Below the pieces are notes generated by a model that searched no databases, was not told the origin of the DNA, and saw only the letters and a program-made list of their open reading frames with translations. Made by a program: the position numbers and the translations under genes. A stretch of DNA of 63,897 nucleotides, counting the filler, from Salisapilia sapeloensis CBS 127946 (taxonomy: Eukaryota > Protista > Oomycota), in NCBI GenBank assembly GCA_023334545.1. It is 6 parts of 6 records of this genome, joined end to end, with 100 filler letters (N's around TTAATTAATTAA, not from the genome) between each part and the next. Parts side by side here need not be neighbours in the genome. Positions count along the whole stretch, not along the records: positions 21,541 to 46,739 come from JAADVB010000254.1; 5 more parts are not named here. The stretch is one strand, 5' to 3'. How positions within the stretch are numbered: the first letter of the stretch is position 1; the number at the start of each line of letters is the position of its first letter. This document shows positions 31,338 to 42,792 of the stretch, one piece after another.

Positions 31338-32845
31338 ATGGTCGGAGCAGTGTTTGGAGCGGATCATGCGTATTTGCACAGTGTGATTGGAGCTCCATTG
31401 ACCGAAGCGATGGCCCAACTTGCGGTTGTACAGCCCGAGGACCCAATTGAATTTCTAGGAACTTACTTGCTAAATTATGTTGCGAATGAGGAGGATAAAA
31501 TCAAAAAAAGTGAGCGTGGAGAGGTGGAAGTGCCTCGCCATGTACTAGAATCGTTGACAGTGCAGTCGCTTCAAGAGACACCAACTGTACCGCAAGTCCA
31601 GGTTTCTCATTTTATACTCTAGTAACCAGATAAAATATTTATACCGCTTCGTAGTTTCCTGCAATACAGAATCTCCAGTCTGCTGTAAAGGAAGTGGCGG
31701 GCTTGTACGAATTGTACGAAACATTTCTGGATGTAGTGGCAGCAGCCTTAAACTGTGAGGAGGCTTATATCGGTACGACGTGCATGAATGCGGATGAAGT
31801 TCGCTGTATACATTGGATAGCAAGTTCGCGTGGGAATACATCCGTTACGATCAATAAATTCGTTGCAGAAGAGCAAGGTGTTACATTTGATGCCCTTCAA
31901 GAGGTGGAGGATCCAGAAGCTGTGGATGCAGATGGAAACCCACTGCCAGCTTCTCCTCCTGTGTACATACACATTGAAAATGTCCTTCGAGAGCCCCGAA
32001 TGAAATTCTACCATGTACCAAAGCTTGGTGCTTATGTCTGCAAGGCCGTCAAATTTAAAAAGTACCTTCATGCAGATATTATTAACGATGGTAACCCAGA
32101 GGAACCGAATGTGAAAGATGAGTGGCTTGTACTTGCCGCTGATACGATGGGCCAGGCCAGATCTTTTACCAAAGATGAGCTCCAAATCCTCGAGCAAGCC
32201 GCGCCATTGCTCCAGTCGTCGGTCGAAGAGCTTGAACGGACATTATATATGAAAGAATACGAGAACAAAAAAGGCAAGGAAGACACAATGCTGCACGAGT
32301 TCAGTGTTTCATTTGCTGCTCAATTGTCTACGCAAGAAGAGAAAATGGGGGTAGATCTGCAATCCGTATCGGATGAAGAAAAAGCTTTGAAAGAGGGCCA
32401 AGCTCGGTCTGTGTACATGACGCAATTGCTACTCGATAATGTTTCAACTCTTTCGTCTATTTCTACCAACTTGCTGCCCCTCAAGCAGAACGCATTGAAT
32501 ACATTAGCCAATGCATTCGAGCTTTTAGGCCAGCCGCGAAAAGAGATGTTGCATGCGGTGTCCAAACAGCCTTCGTGGGACCGGATTGCTCCCTTGCTAG
32601 ATGAATCGACATTAAAGGCAGCGCTGGAGAAATTTCAAAGCGATTTGGAAATACCAGCTATACCAGAGCATGTGAGGACAGATGCAGAGGAGACGACCAA
32701 AGCCGATATTGAAGCTTCTAGCATCGTCGCAGCCACTTTCTTCGTGTGGGTGCAGTCAATCGTAAGTCGTTCGACGTTGGAAGCTGCTGCTGAAGAAGAG
32801 AGAAAGCGAATGGAAGAGGAAGCTGCGGAGGCCGAGGAAAGTTAA
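31338..32845 (+). CDS. Dpy-30-motif protein with a GAF-like region, probably flagellar; 2 exons
   Basis: Exons 31338-31601 and 31655-32845. YLHSVIGAPLTEAMAQLAVVQPEDPIEFLGTYLL is a Dpy-30 dimerisation motif; VPKLGAYVCKAVKF resembles GAF-like regions of ciliary proteins. Confidence 0.8.
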
Positions 32846-32991
32846 GCAAAACTTTCAAATCTAGTCGAATCTAGTTATCATCATCATCTATCCGTTACCA
32901 TGAAACCTATACTTTATAATTAGAGTGCTTGCATTGTCCTATTAGTGTTCATTTTAAAATTGAAAAGGAAGAGCACGTAAGACTGATAAAC

Positions 32992-35095
32992 ATGAGCACT
33001 GGAGAGGAAATTCGAGGCCCGCATTTATCTGTTGAGTTGGATGAAATTTCTACTGCAACTGCCAAACAAGGCAATGACAGTCAAGCTGAGCTCTACAAAG
33101 AGCGCCGTGCCAGCCAAGCAAGGTGAACTATCTTTTAGTAACTTACACCATAGTAGAAACCTTAGCTTACAATTCGACAGAGCAAACGAAATGGCTGAAC
33201 AAGAGAAGCAACGTAGGATGGATGAACTGAAAAGTGAGGAGGTAAAGCATTATACTTGTATCCGATACATTTGTGGATGAAAAGTTTTAAATAACGGATC
33301 TCTGTCTATGCACTCAGGAGGAAGCGCAGGTAGTACGTTTGATCAATGTCGAGTACTCGAACATTGTGGCGGAAGAAGAACGAGAAAGGAGGGTTCGTGA
33401 GTCTCAAATCATGGATGTCCAAGAGCAACTAGTTCGTCTACGTCATCAGTCGGAAGCAAATGTAGTTGCCGAACAAGAAAGACAACGACGGATTGTAGAA
33501 GATCAGAACCTACCTAAAGGACATTTTCGATCTAGCTCTGTTGTCCTCCAGAGTAGCATTTCTCAGGTGATTGTGATTGCCATAAACTTCTGTCGACCGG
33601 CAAGTCAAGTATTAACGTATCCATAGCTTCCCAATGTCAGAGACCGTTCGGGTAGTGCGCCTGTGTCGAGTGACATAGCAAATTCGATGAGTGAAATTGC
33701 CCTCGTTCGCTCGTCAAAGGCGAAGATTACCGTTGACGAAAATACCGAGTGGCAGTGTTCCATTCTTTCCGATGATCCTGGCGTTGAAAAGGACAATTTA
33801 AAAGGTTTGAGTCCTCATTCTTATCTTTGTACGTACGTCTTGAATAGACCCACCGACATTGTATTCTAGCATTGCATCAAAGTCTAGAAAGTGACTTGAC
33901 ATCCGGAGTTGCTTCCAACTACCCGGATGTCGTAGGCCAAGTCCGTCTTCTGCGATTTTTGCGTGGATACAAGGATGTGAACGAGGCTGCTTTGCGTTAT
34001 CGCCGAATGTTGCAACTACGAGAGATGTACCAGCTCGATGCCATCCGTGCCAACATTGAGGACAAGAATTTGATCCCTGAAATGTTTCCTCATTACAACA
34101 AAATCAGGTACTATGAGAAGCTGTTCTGGATGTGCGTAGATTGTATTGACACTTTTGTATGTAGCAAATATCTTCCGTTCTTGTCGCTTTACGACGTCCC
34201 GGATGCTGATCCATCACTGTCATTCTATTTTGAGCTATCCGGCTATGCGGATGTCCAAGGTTTCTCAAGTGATGTAAGTGACGAAGAGTGGACGACCTTC
34301 TTTTTATACGACATGGAATATCGCTCGATGAAATTGGATCAACTAAGTCGCCAACGGGAGGTTGTCGTACAAACTGTCTTTGTCCGAGACCTCCAAGGTC
34401 TTCGCTTATCGAGCCTTCGTCCAGCGATTTTCCGTCGAATCCAAAACGTCATGTCCTTGGGAGCTGCGTGCTACCCTGAGACGATGAAGGAAACACTTTT
34501 CTTGAATGTCCCATGGGTCTTCCTTAAACCGTGGGAAGTACTAGCATCCACGCTACAAGGCACACAGGTAAGCAAGATTTCCATGGGCGATGACACTTTT
34601 GAACGCCTCGTATCGTACGTTGGATCTCGCGCTCAGCTTCCAAGGATTCTTGGGGGTAAACATCCATCTCTGAACCTGCCCCGGACTGGATTGCTTGGCA
34701 AAGACAACTACGCTATCCTCTGCGACGATGGTGCTGTTCAGTCTGAAGTCAAGGCTGGTGGTCTCCTCCAGCTTCCATTCCGAGTCTCTGCTGGTGATAC
34801 AGTCTGCTGGGAGTTTGCTTTGAAGGAACTGGACATTGACTTTAGCGTCGTAAGCCGTACGCAAGGAGAAGGTGGAGCAGTTGAGAATGTCCAGCATGGT
34901 CCCACTCGCTTCAGCAGTGGAGACACGACCCACCACTCGGTCACTGCCACAGAGGACGGCACGATTGTTCTCACTTGGGACAACACGTTCTCGTGGGCAC
35001 GAAGCAAGACTGTTGCTTATAAAGCCACTGTCGTTCGACTCGGTCACAAGAACGAGTTTTCGTACCTAGACACGAGCGATAACGACTGCGTGTAG
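32992..35095 (+). CDS. SEC14/CRAL-TRIO lipid-binding protein with a C-terminal GOLD domain; 6 exons
   Basis: Exons 32992-33122, 33181-33241, 33318-33566, 33627-33804, 33870-34107, 34165-35095. RLLRFLRG, YPETMKETLFLNVPWVF, LPRILGG; GOLD WEFALKELDIDF and LTWDNTFSWARSKTVAY. Confidence 0.9.
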
Positions 35096-35191
35096 CTCCA
35101 TATCCATTAGATATGCATTAGATACAAAAAAATAAAGATAAAGAATAGCAATGAGGAGAACGTGTCTTGTATATTCATGACGAACGTCTCT

Positions 35192-37241
35192 TTAAACGCT
35201 AATGTTTCCAAGCTGACGTAGGAAAGCTTCTGGGTTCAACACCTCCGTTCCTCCGTACCAGATCGATCGTGGCGGCTGCTCTGCTTTCGCGTACGCCATC
35301 ACGTTCTGATACTCATTGTAATTCGCGCCACCAACGATGAAGACAATGGCCTCCTTGAACGGCGTGCGTTGTCTTGGTACGTTTCCCTTTGCATTGATTT
35401 TCGGGTCCAAGTACAAGTACGTCTCGTCCTCAGTATTCGGTTTCATCTCACAAATCGCATCCGTCACTCTCGTTACGTGCAGCTTTTTATTCTCTGGTAA
35501 AAAGTTCTTGACACTCGCGGCGGCTTGGGCCAAAATGCCCTGTGCCAAACCCTTGAACCTGTTCATATTGACAGCATTGGAGCCTTGCGACGTCTCATTC
35601 CTATCTTTCATCAACGCTCCACCGACACTAGCTCGCTTTTGGAACGCAGTGTGCTTCTTAATGTACTTCCACGCTTGCGTCATCTGCTCCTCTTGATCGA
35701 TGGACGCAGCAAATTGTTGAAAAGCACTTTCGAATTCAGATATTTCAGAGCTCGAAGCGCCTGTCGTGAGGTAGTAGATCATCAATAGACGCATCTTGTC
35801 TGCTAGAGACCCCATGTCACTTTCAGACAAGAGTGGAAGCAGTTCACTCCGATCCACGTGCTGTCCGTCAATCAGTTTCTGTTCTATCATGGAATACGTC
35901 GGGATGTGTCGAGACGTGACGCCGTCAAAGGCTGCCTGGAAGATGTTCGTATGCACCTCCAGCATCTTTTTCTTTTCCACAAGTGCTGGCAACGTGTCGA
36001 CTGCAGCAGCGAGGTCTTTTGTGCCGTTAGAGAAAGTATCATTCCCTCCAGTCCGCTGTCGAATCTGTTCTTCTTTCTTCGTCACTTGTTTCATCTCCTC
36101 TTCATTCGCGTCAATCGCGTCAGGGAAGAGTGACCCAGCATGTTTTTCAAAGAACTTGTCGCTGCTAACATCTAGGTCATACGTCTTTTCGACCGTCTGA
36201 GACGACTCCGAATCTTCGCCTGATTTCACACGCACCTTGACTCGGTTTAGCTCAATGGACAGAATGTCGTCCACAAGTGCCTGGTACGTTGACGGGTGAT
36301 GGAGACTGGCAGCTAGATCTTCATTACGATCTAAAATGATGAGGACAGGTCGATGGTAGCTACTGCTGTGCTCCATGAACGCTCCTTTTCTGGCTGCAAG
36401 ATGCTCTCGAATGGACGCATTCAGCTGCTCTGCAACCATACGCGACGGTCCGTCATTGTTCGGACACCGAATCACAGGTACACGGCCGATAGTCGCTAGA
36501 ACGGACATGAGGCCGTTGACGACGGATCTGATGAACCCTTCGATCTGGTCATCAGCGATGGCAGGGTCGTTATACGCGCGATAGCTTTCAGGTAGACGAA
36601 GGGAGAAGAGATTGGGTTCGAGCGACACAAAGTTCGTGTACTGGTCATAGACTTTCGAGATCATACTGGTGCATCCAGCTTCGACGGATAGTCGAGCAAG
36701 TAGCTCCATGCCACCCTCGTCCAAAGGAGAGGAGAAATTCAGATGAGCGCTACTGTAAAGCTGTTTCGCACAATCGTCGACGATACGTTGGATGTTATCA
36801 GGCGTTGGCTGGACAAAGTAAATTGCTGGAACGTCTGGAATAGCATCTCGATCGGAATCGATGAGCATGTGGAGAGTGACTCCTTTCTTACGGAGCTCAT
36901 TGAGCTTGAGGATCGGAGAGATGACGTCACGCGTAAACGTGTCGTAGATGAGCACCTTCCATTGGTCTCCCCATCCGTCACTACATAGATTATAGAGATC
37001 AATATGAGCTGCAAATAACAGATATGAGATAAATTACACGCTATCACCGCCGGTTGGGACGGAAGTGCTGCGTTCGGCATTGAAATCCAGCATACGTAGC
37101 AGCATGTCTATGCGAGTGTATGACGGTAGAGTTAGTAAATTGGTAGATCTTGGTTTTTTATAGGATTTGGGGAAGATGTGAGCAAGATTGTGTACCTTTC
37201 TGCTGTGACTGAAGCGCAGGAGCGCTGCCTAGAGCACTCAT
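35192..37241 (-). CDS. SLY1: Sec1/Munc18-family protein Sly1/SCFD1; 3 exons
   Basis: Exons 37241-37196, 37107-37038, 36980-35192. WKVLIYD...ISPILKLNELRKKGVTLH, DVPAIYFVQPT, RPVLIILDRNEDL, YDLD, IVFIVGGANYNEY. Confidence 0.96.
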
Positions 37242-37511
37242 CTGGTCTAGTAGATTCGATTCCTCTCTTCGTGTCTAAATTTGTGTCCTATACGACAAAT
37301 GTGATGTGGACATGTACATAGAATTCGGACATTTCCGAAAGACCCTGTTCAAAGGACGCGGCTTCGACACCTAGCGTCAGCTTTTGGATTTTCCTTTTCA
37401 TCCTGTTGATAAAATTAGGCTTGGTACACAGACAGATAGATGCTAAGCAAACAAAATAGCAGCTACGAAGACTTCACATGTACAACGCAGCAACAATGGA
37501 AAATCCAAATT

Positions 37512-37516
37512 AAAAA
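37512..37516 (-). terminator. Pol III terminator (T5) of tRNA-Glu copy 1
   Basis: TTTTT on the minus strand 4 nt past the tRNA 3' end. Confidence 0.7.
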
Positions 37517-37520
37517 GTTA

Positions 37521-37593
37521 TTCCCAAACCGGGACTCGAACCCGGGTCGCGTGGGTGAAAGCCACGTATCCTAACCGCCTAGACTATTTGGGA
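37521..37593 (-). tRNA. tRNA-Glu (anticodon TTC), copy 1
   Basis: Cloverleaf: acceptor TCCCAAA/TTTGGGA, anticodon stem CGTGG/CCACG around CT-TTC-AC, T-loop GGTTCGAGTCC. Confidence 0.97.
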
Positions 37594-38288
37594 TTGTTGC
37601 TTCAGTATATCTTGACAATTATATAAATTTTCAATTATAAATAGGAATCTAAATGGTTTTTTGTTAGCCAAATGACTATATTCATTGTCATAGAATAGCA
37701 TTATCTTAGTGCAATATTCAACGAACTATTCGCTGAAGTGGCTAGCTTTCTAATAGCCTCCAACTTTTACCGAATATTTATATAATCCCGTTGGCTAGGT
37801 TTCCAGATCACGAACAGTCACATAGAACAAATAAAATGAGCAGCTCAGCCTGCTCATTGATATCTTTAAACTGACTCACTATTGATGATCGCTACTTTTC
37901 AGGGCTTGAAACACCTACCTGCCTTGACTCTAAGCTTCCATTTTATTGTGACCCCTCCAGGGTGTATCTCTATAAGACAAAAAGACATGACTGCCTGCTT
38001 CGGACGACCATAGAATAGAACCGGTAGGCTTATTCCAGCCGTTTGAACAGAGATTGTAGCACTGATAAATGCAGTGAGCACATATAATAGTTCATTGCAG
38101 CCATCTGAGACATCCAGATTTATTGCATGTATAATTTTTATGGTGTAAAGCAAAGGATTATGCCATATCTGTGCTTCGAATAGAGTGTACCTCTGGCTGA
38201 GAATGCTGTAACACAAATAACATCACTAGGACCAAAGTACATTCGTAATTGCTGTTATTATAAATCTATTTGGGTAAACAATCAGCAA

Positions 38289-38361
38289 TCCCAAATAGTC
38301 TAGGCGGTTAGGATACGTGGCTTTCACCCACGCGACCCGGGTTCGAGTCCCGGTTTGGGAA
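38289..38361 (+). tRNA. tRNA-Glu (anticodon TTC), copy 2, identical to copy 1
   Basis: Same 73-nt sequence on the plus strand. Confidence 0.97.
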
Positions 38362-38365
38362 TATC

Positions 38366-38376
38366 TTTTATTTTTC
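38366..38376 (+). terminator. Pol III terminator (T4 and T6) of tRNA-Glu copy 2
   Basis: ttttatttttt starts 5 nt downstream of the tRNA. Confidence 0.7.
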
Positions 38377-40855
38377 GTACCTACGGAACAAACTACTAAC
38401 GCTTTGTACACGTCTCCCTTTTAACTGGATGATCTTCGCAGAATGGAGCAAGATAGAATCTCAACTGTCAGTCCATTAAAGGCTAAACGTGTGTAGACTC
38501 AACTGCCGGCGCTTGTTTTCTATTTTGATGAACTATTTCATAGGGCAAAATGTATTGAAACGTAAATTTAAATTGCTATTTGAAGAGCTCCTAGGTGAAG
38601 AGTTTGCTGCTGGGAAGCAGAACTATCAGCTTGGCGGTGCATACCACCTAAATACACGTACAACAAATTTGTACATCCAAAATAATGCAATTGCTAATAA
38701 AACAAGTCTTTGGTAAAAATTGTGCTGTGGCTACTGGCAGCGCATATTTTGGTGGCTTCCACTCAAATCAAAATGATAGAAACAACTTTCGAAAGTTGAT
38801 CGGTAAATTTGTGTAGAGTACGGAGTTGATTTCATTAGTCGAGCTTTTACACCTCATAGTGCATTCCGTTGTATCGAAATAATTTCTATAGCAAAGACAT
38901 CTTTGTGTTTCATTCTTTTGTTTATCAACCACATACTTTTATCAGAAGGCATTCCGTTCATTGTCTGGATCAAAGACGCAACTTTGACTTTTAATTCTCG
39001 CTATCCATATATTCTTCTATAAGTTTGTTTAGTTTTAGTGCGTGTGTCTCGGATCACCTTTCCTTTACATTAATTTTGTTGCTGCTTTGAAGGTGTATTG
39101 TAAATTTTCTCTTTAACTGATACCCACAATGAAGTATCGCTTCTCCACCCTTCACGGGCAGATCTGTCCGCACGCAAGCAAGTATTTTACTACCGAAGGA
39201 TCTTCGCCTGGAACTCTATCCTTTAATAGTGTACTCCTCGTTTGTCATCGTGAAGCTCGCTTCAACTAAATCTATTCAATTGAGAGTTCAGAGATGAAAA
39301 CCAATGCTCCAGACTTTTATGTGGTATCCCTTCCTTTGCAGTAAACCAATGTACAGTCGTAGTCTGAGTGTTTTGAAACCCCACTTTTGTAAAGCGATTT
39401 GATAAATGTACAAGAGAGGGAATATGATCTATGCAGAAGAGAAAATCTAATGCGTTTGGTTAACGAGGAGCACTTGGAAAATGAAGTTTCATGCGTCTTA
39501 CATGCGCCATGGACTGCAGCATAGCATAGAGAAAGGATCTTCACCTAAAGCATACCCATAGATATCTCGACTAATGCTTCCATAACAGTAAACGTTTAAG
39601 CTGTACCCTTCTACTCGCCCATGAGCTTAACTTCACTCGTGCGACACGCTCGTAAGAAAGATATACAAAATAGTAGCTTCAGATTGTTAAGTGTTTAACC
39701 GACAATCCTGGTCCAAGTTTCCAGTGTCAAAGCATAAAAGATCGCTGAACGATTTATGTAGTTTGTCTCTTAAGCCTTTAAAGTCAGTAGAACTGAACTT
39801 GTGCTAAGAAGCAACCAACACTGGATCAAGTATCTCATCAAATAGATTATAAAAGGAAACATAAAAGTATCCAGGAACCTGGTGGTGGCCGTTATCTACT
39901 TGAGATTGTGCTCTATGAACATAAATAGTTCGTAATTAGTCATTGTCACCACGAGGACAGGCTATGTACGAGGTGAGCGCATTACGAATTGATCAGGAAG
40001 CAAAAATATGGTCTTGGCTTTCCATTGTGACAGTGATATGATGACGAGGTGCGCGTAAGCGTATATTTGCTCCAGGGCAGACATCGTCGAGTAGATTTGT
40101 CTCTCTGCTTATTACGACGCATGCCTCGCCTGTCATTTAACGCCTCCTGTACCCATGGGTGACTGCTTACATAGACCTCTTTTTTGCATGTTTGGTAGAA
40201 GTGACTTGGGAGCAAGATCCATTCGGCTGCACATGACACACAGGTGGTATAAAGGGAGATTAATGTACCTACTTGCTTCTGACATTAAACTCTCTCCTCT
40301 ATCGATTGGATATTTTCTCCATGGTATGTTCAGACTAGTCAAATTGCGATCTCATGATCCTTTTCTCATCCTTTCGTCTCATCCCCCTCGTATCTACAGT
40401 CGTAGATGACTGTTCGATCTTCCCTTTGTAAAGATCTGCTCGCTACTCGTCGCGCTGTCGCTAATCAGCTTCAGCTCCGTAGATCATGTCATCTGCATCC
40501 GCGCACCTCACCTTGACTCGATAGATACATCGTAGTCACGATCTAGACAACGAAAGAATCGAGCAGAATATCTTGTCCTATCCTCCTCCATCCATCCAAA
40601 GAAAATGCCCAGATCCTTACCCACCAAAGTTGATCAGTAAGGAACGATGGCTAGTATAGACTCCGCGAGTACTCATCCCGACTCCTAGTTACATACACGA
40701 GAACGATAGCAACGGAAAGAAACAAATCGTAAAGCTTGAAATATACCCATTCATTCGGGTGGCATCTTTACCATGGAGTGCAATGCCATACTGGAAACGC
40801 CCAGTGCCATCTAAGTAAAATCAAAAAGTATGCACGATCCCAATGCCCGTTTGTC

Positions 40856-42025
40856 TTAACCATAAAACGCCGACGTCGCGTGGTTCAATCGCATCGATTC
40901 TTCCACGACCTGCACGCGACGGAGCGTTGTGTTCAGCAACTGCGTCACCTTGTGGTACACGTCCGGGTCCTCCGATGTACTGTTATGACTCGTGACGCTC
41001 GTTGTTTCGCCCACGTCCTTGGCGAATTTCAACTTGCACGTGCCCTTCGAGTGCTTTAAAAACCTCACAATCGTCTTGTACGGCGTTCCAGACACTGGTG
41101 TGCCGTTAATACTCACAAGTAGATCGCCTTCCGACAACGCTTCGACACCCAAGGCGCTGCTGTCGCCAGTTAACGACTTAATATACGCTCCTTTTACTGT
41201 GTCATCGTCCGCAGGAGAAAGCGACAGGCCGAGTCGGTCTGTCGGATGCCACAGCACCGTATTCACCTGTCCCGTTCCTCCGCTCGATGAATTCGACGAC
41301 ACTGAACTGCGGTAGGTCGATGCAGACGACGACGACGAGCGAATGTCTGTACTCAGTTGCTGTAGCTGTGTAAGGAGGTCCTTGAGTTGTCCGGAGATCT
41401 CCTTGGAGTCCATGTGCTGCAGCTTGTCTTCAATCGCGCGCGAGTACTCGTTGACCTCGTGCGAGTTCATGAGTGTATCCAGCGACCTCGACTTGCCCAT
41501 TTCCTTGTCCTGTTCCTCGGCGAAGCGTCGCATGTCGTCATAGGAAGCGACTCGTGACACACCTTCCGATGAAGTGGAGGATGGTGGGGCAGGCGGTGGC
41601 ATCCGAGCACGTGACTGGGCCTGACGAAGGACGTCCATGGTGTGTTTCGGCATACCCTTTTCTGTTGCAAGCTCGAGGGCGTGGAGTCCATGCTGATCCG
41701 TGCGGTAGACGGTGTCCGGAGCTGTCTTTAATAAAGAATGGATGTGGAGGCCTGGCAGGGAAGAGGCGATCGCAACGTGGATAGGAAGCATGCCGGACAT
41801 GTTTTCGCACTCGCACGCGTGTGGATGGGCGTCGACAATTGTACGGAAGGCTTCGATGGGGATGGACGGGTCGGTGCAAGCCCAGTGCAGTGGCGTCATG
41901 CCAAAGTCGTCCGTGTCTTTGGCCAGGTCCGGGTTCTCGTCCACTGCTTCGGCGGCTTCCTCCCATTCGGCTCGTTCCGTCAGGTGGAGGAGGCGTTTTC
42001 TAGACATGGTCGATCGAATGGACAT
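40856..42025 (-). CDS. Ankyrin-repeat plus PDZ-domain protein
   Basis: DDFGMTPLHWAC, GMLPIHVAI and DQHGLHALELA ankyrin repeats; PDZ RLGLSL...LSEGDLLVSINGTPV...IVRFLK. A possible upstream exon makes the start uncertain. Confidence 0.88.
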   Translation of the reverse strand: MSIRSTMSRKRLLHLTERAEWEEAAEAVDENPDLAKDTDDFGMTPLHWACTDPSIPIEAFRTIVDAHPHACECENMSGMLPIHVAIASSLPGLHIHSLLKTAPDTVYRTDQHGLHALELATEKGMPKHTMDVLRQAQSRARMPPPAPPSSTSSEGVSRVASYDDMRRFAEEQDKEMGKSRSLDTLMNSHEVNEYSRAIEDKLQHMDSKEISGQLKDLLTQLQQLSTDIRSSSSSASTYRSSVSSNSSSGGTGQVNTVLWHPTDRLGLSLSPADDDTVKGAYIKSLTGDSSALGVEALSEGDLLVSINGTPVSGTPYKTIVRFLKHSKGTCKLKFAKDVGETTSVTSHNSTSEDPDVYHKVTQLLNTTLRRVQVVEESMRLNHATSAFYG

Positions 42026-42792
42026 GTTTCGAATGTGTCCCACGCTGTATGGGAAGTAGAAAGCAAGAGTGTGGAGCTTGTGCCCGTCGCGCGCTACTTT
42101 GCTTGTGAAGCCTCCTGTTCAGCAGGAAGAAAATTTGTTTCTTACTGATAGACGGGGATTATGGCCGTTTGCATCATTTGGGAAATGTATGAGGAAGTCG
42201 AACCCAGCTGGTATCGACAGGCCTCGACACGTCGAGAGGCGGAAGCCACCGTCTCTGGTCTGAGGCGTTCCAGCGTACTTGCCGCATACGATCGGCCATA
42301 CAGACAGAGGATGATAAGGTTTTGATGTACACTGACGGCGTCGAAAGGTGTTAGAAAAAGTTTGTATCCACTGAATCGAGACATCAGATCGCAGATCTAG
42401 TCTCCGACTGGCGCTACGAAGCGGCGCCGGCGTTTCTATAGTGATCGCAAAGAACCCGGGAATTGATCATTCGGAAGGTGCAGAGAGTGGAGATAAAAAT
42501 TTGTTTCCTTACAAACGCTTTCATGAACTATCGCATTGTAACATAAAATTATTTATATATACAGGGAGCAAGGGATGAATTAACGAGCATTCGAAAACAC
42601 TGATCCCGACGATGACTTTTATTCACGGTTTAGCTGATGCTCCCTTGCATATCTAGCGCTTGCTCTAGAAAGCAGGCAATGATGGCGCTTCTATTTGACC
42701 CACAATCGGCAACGCGAAAGCCTTTCTCCTTTAAAGAGGACTGTACCGTTACGGTACCACCTCATTCACTTGGCAGAATCAGATCTTAAATC

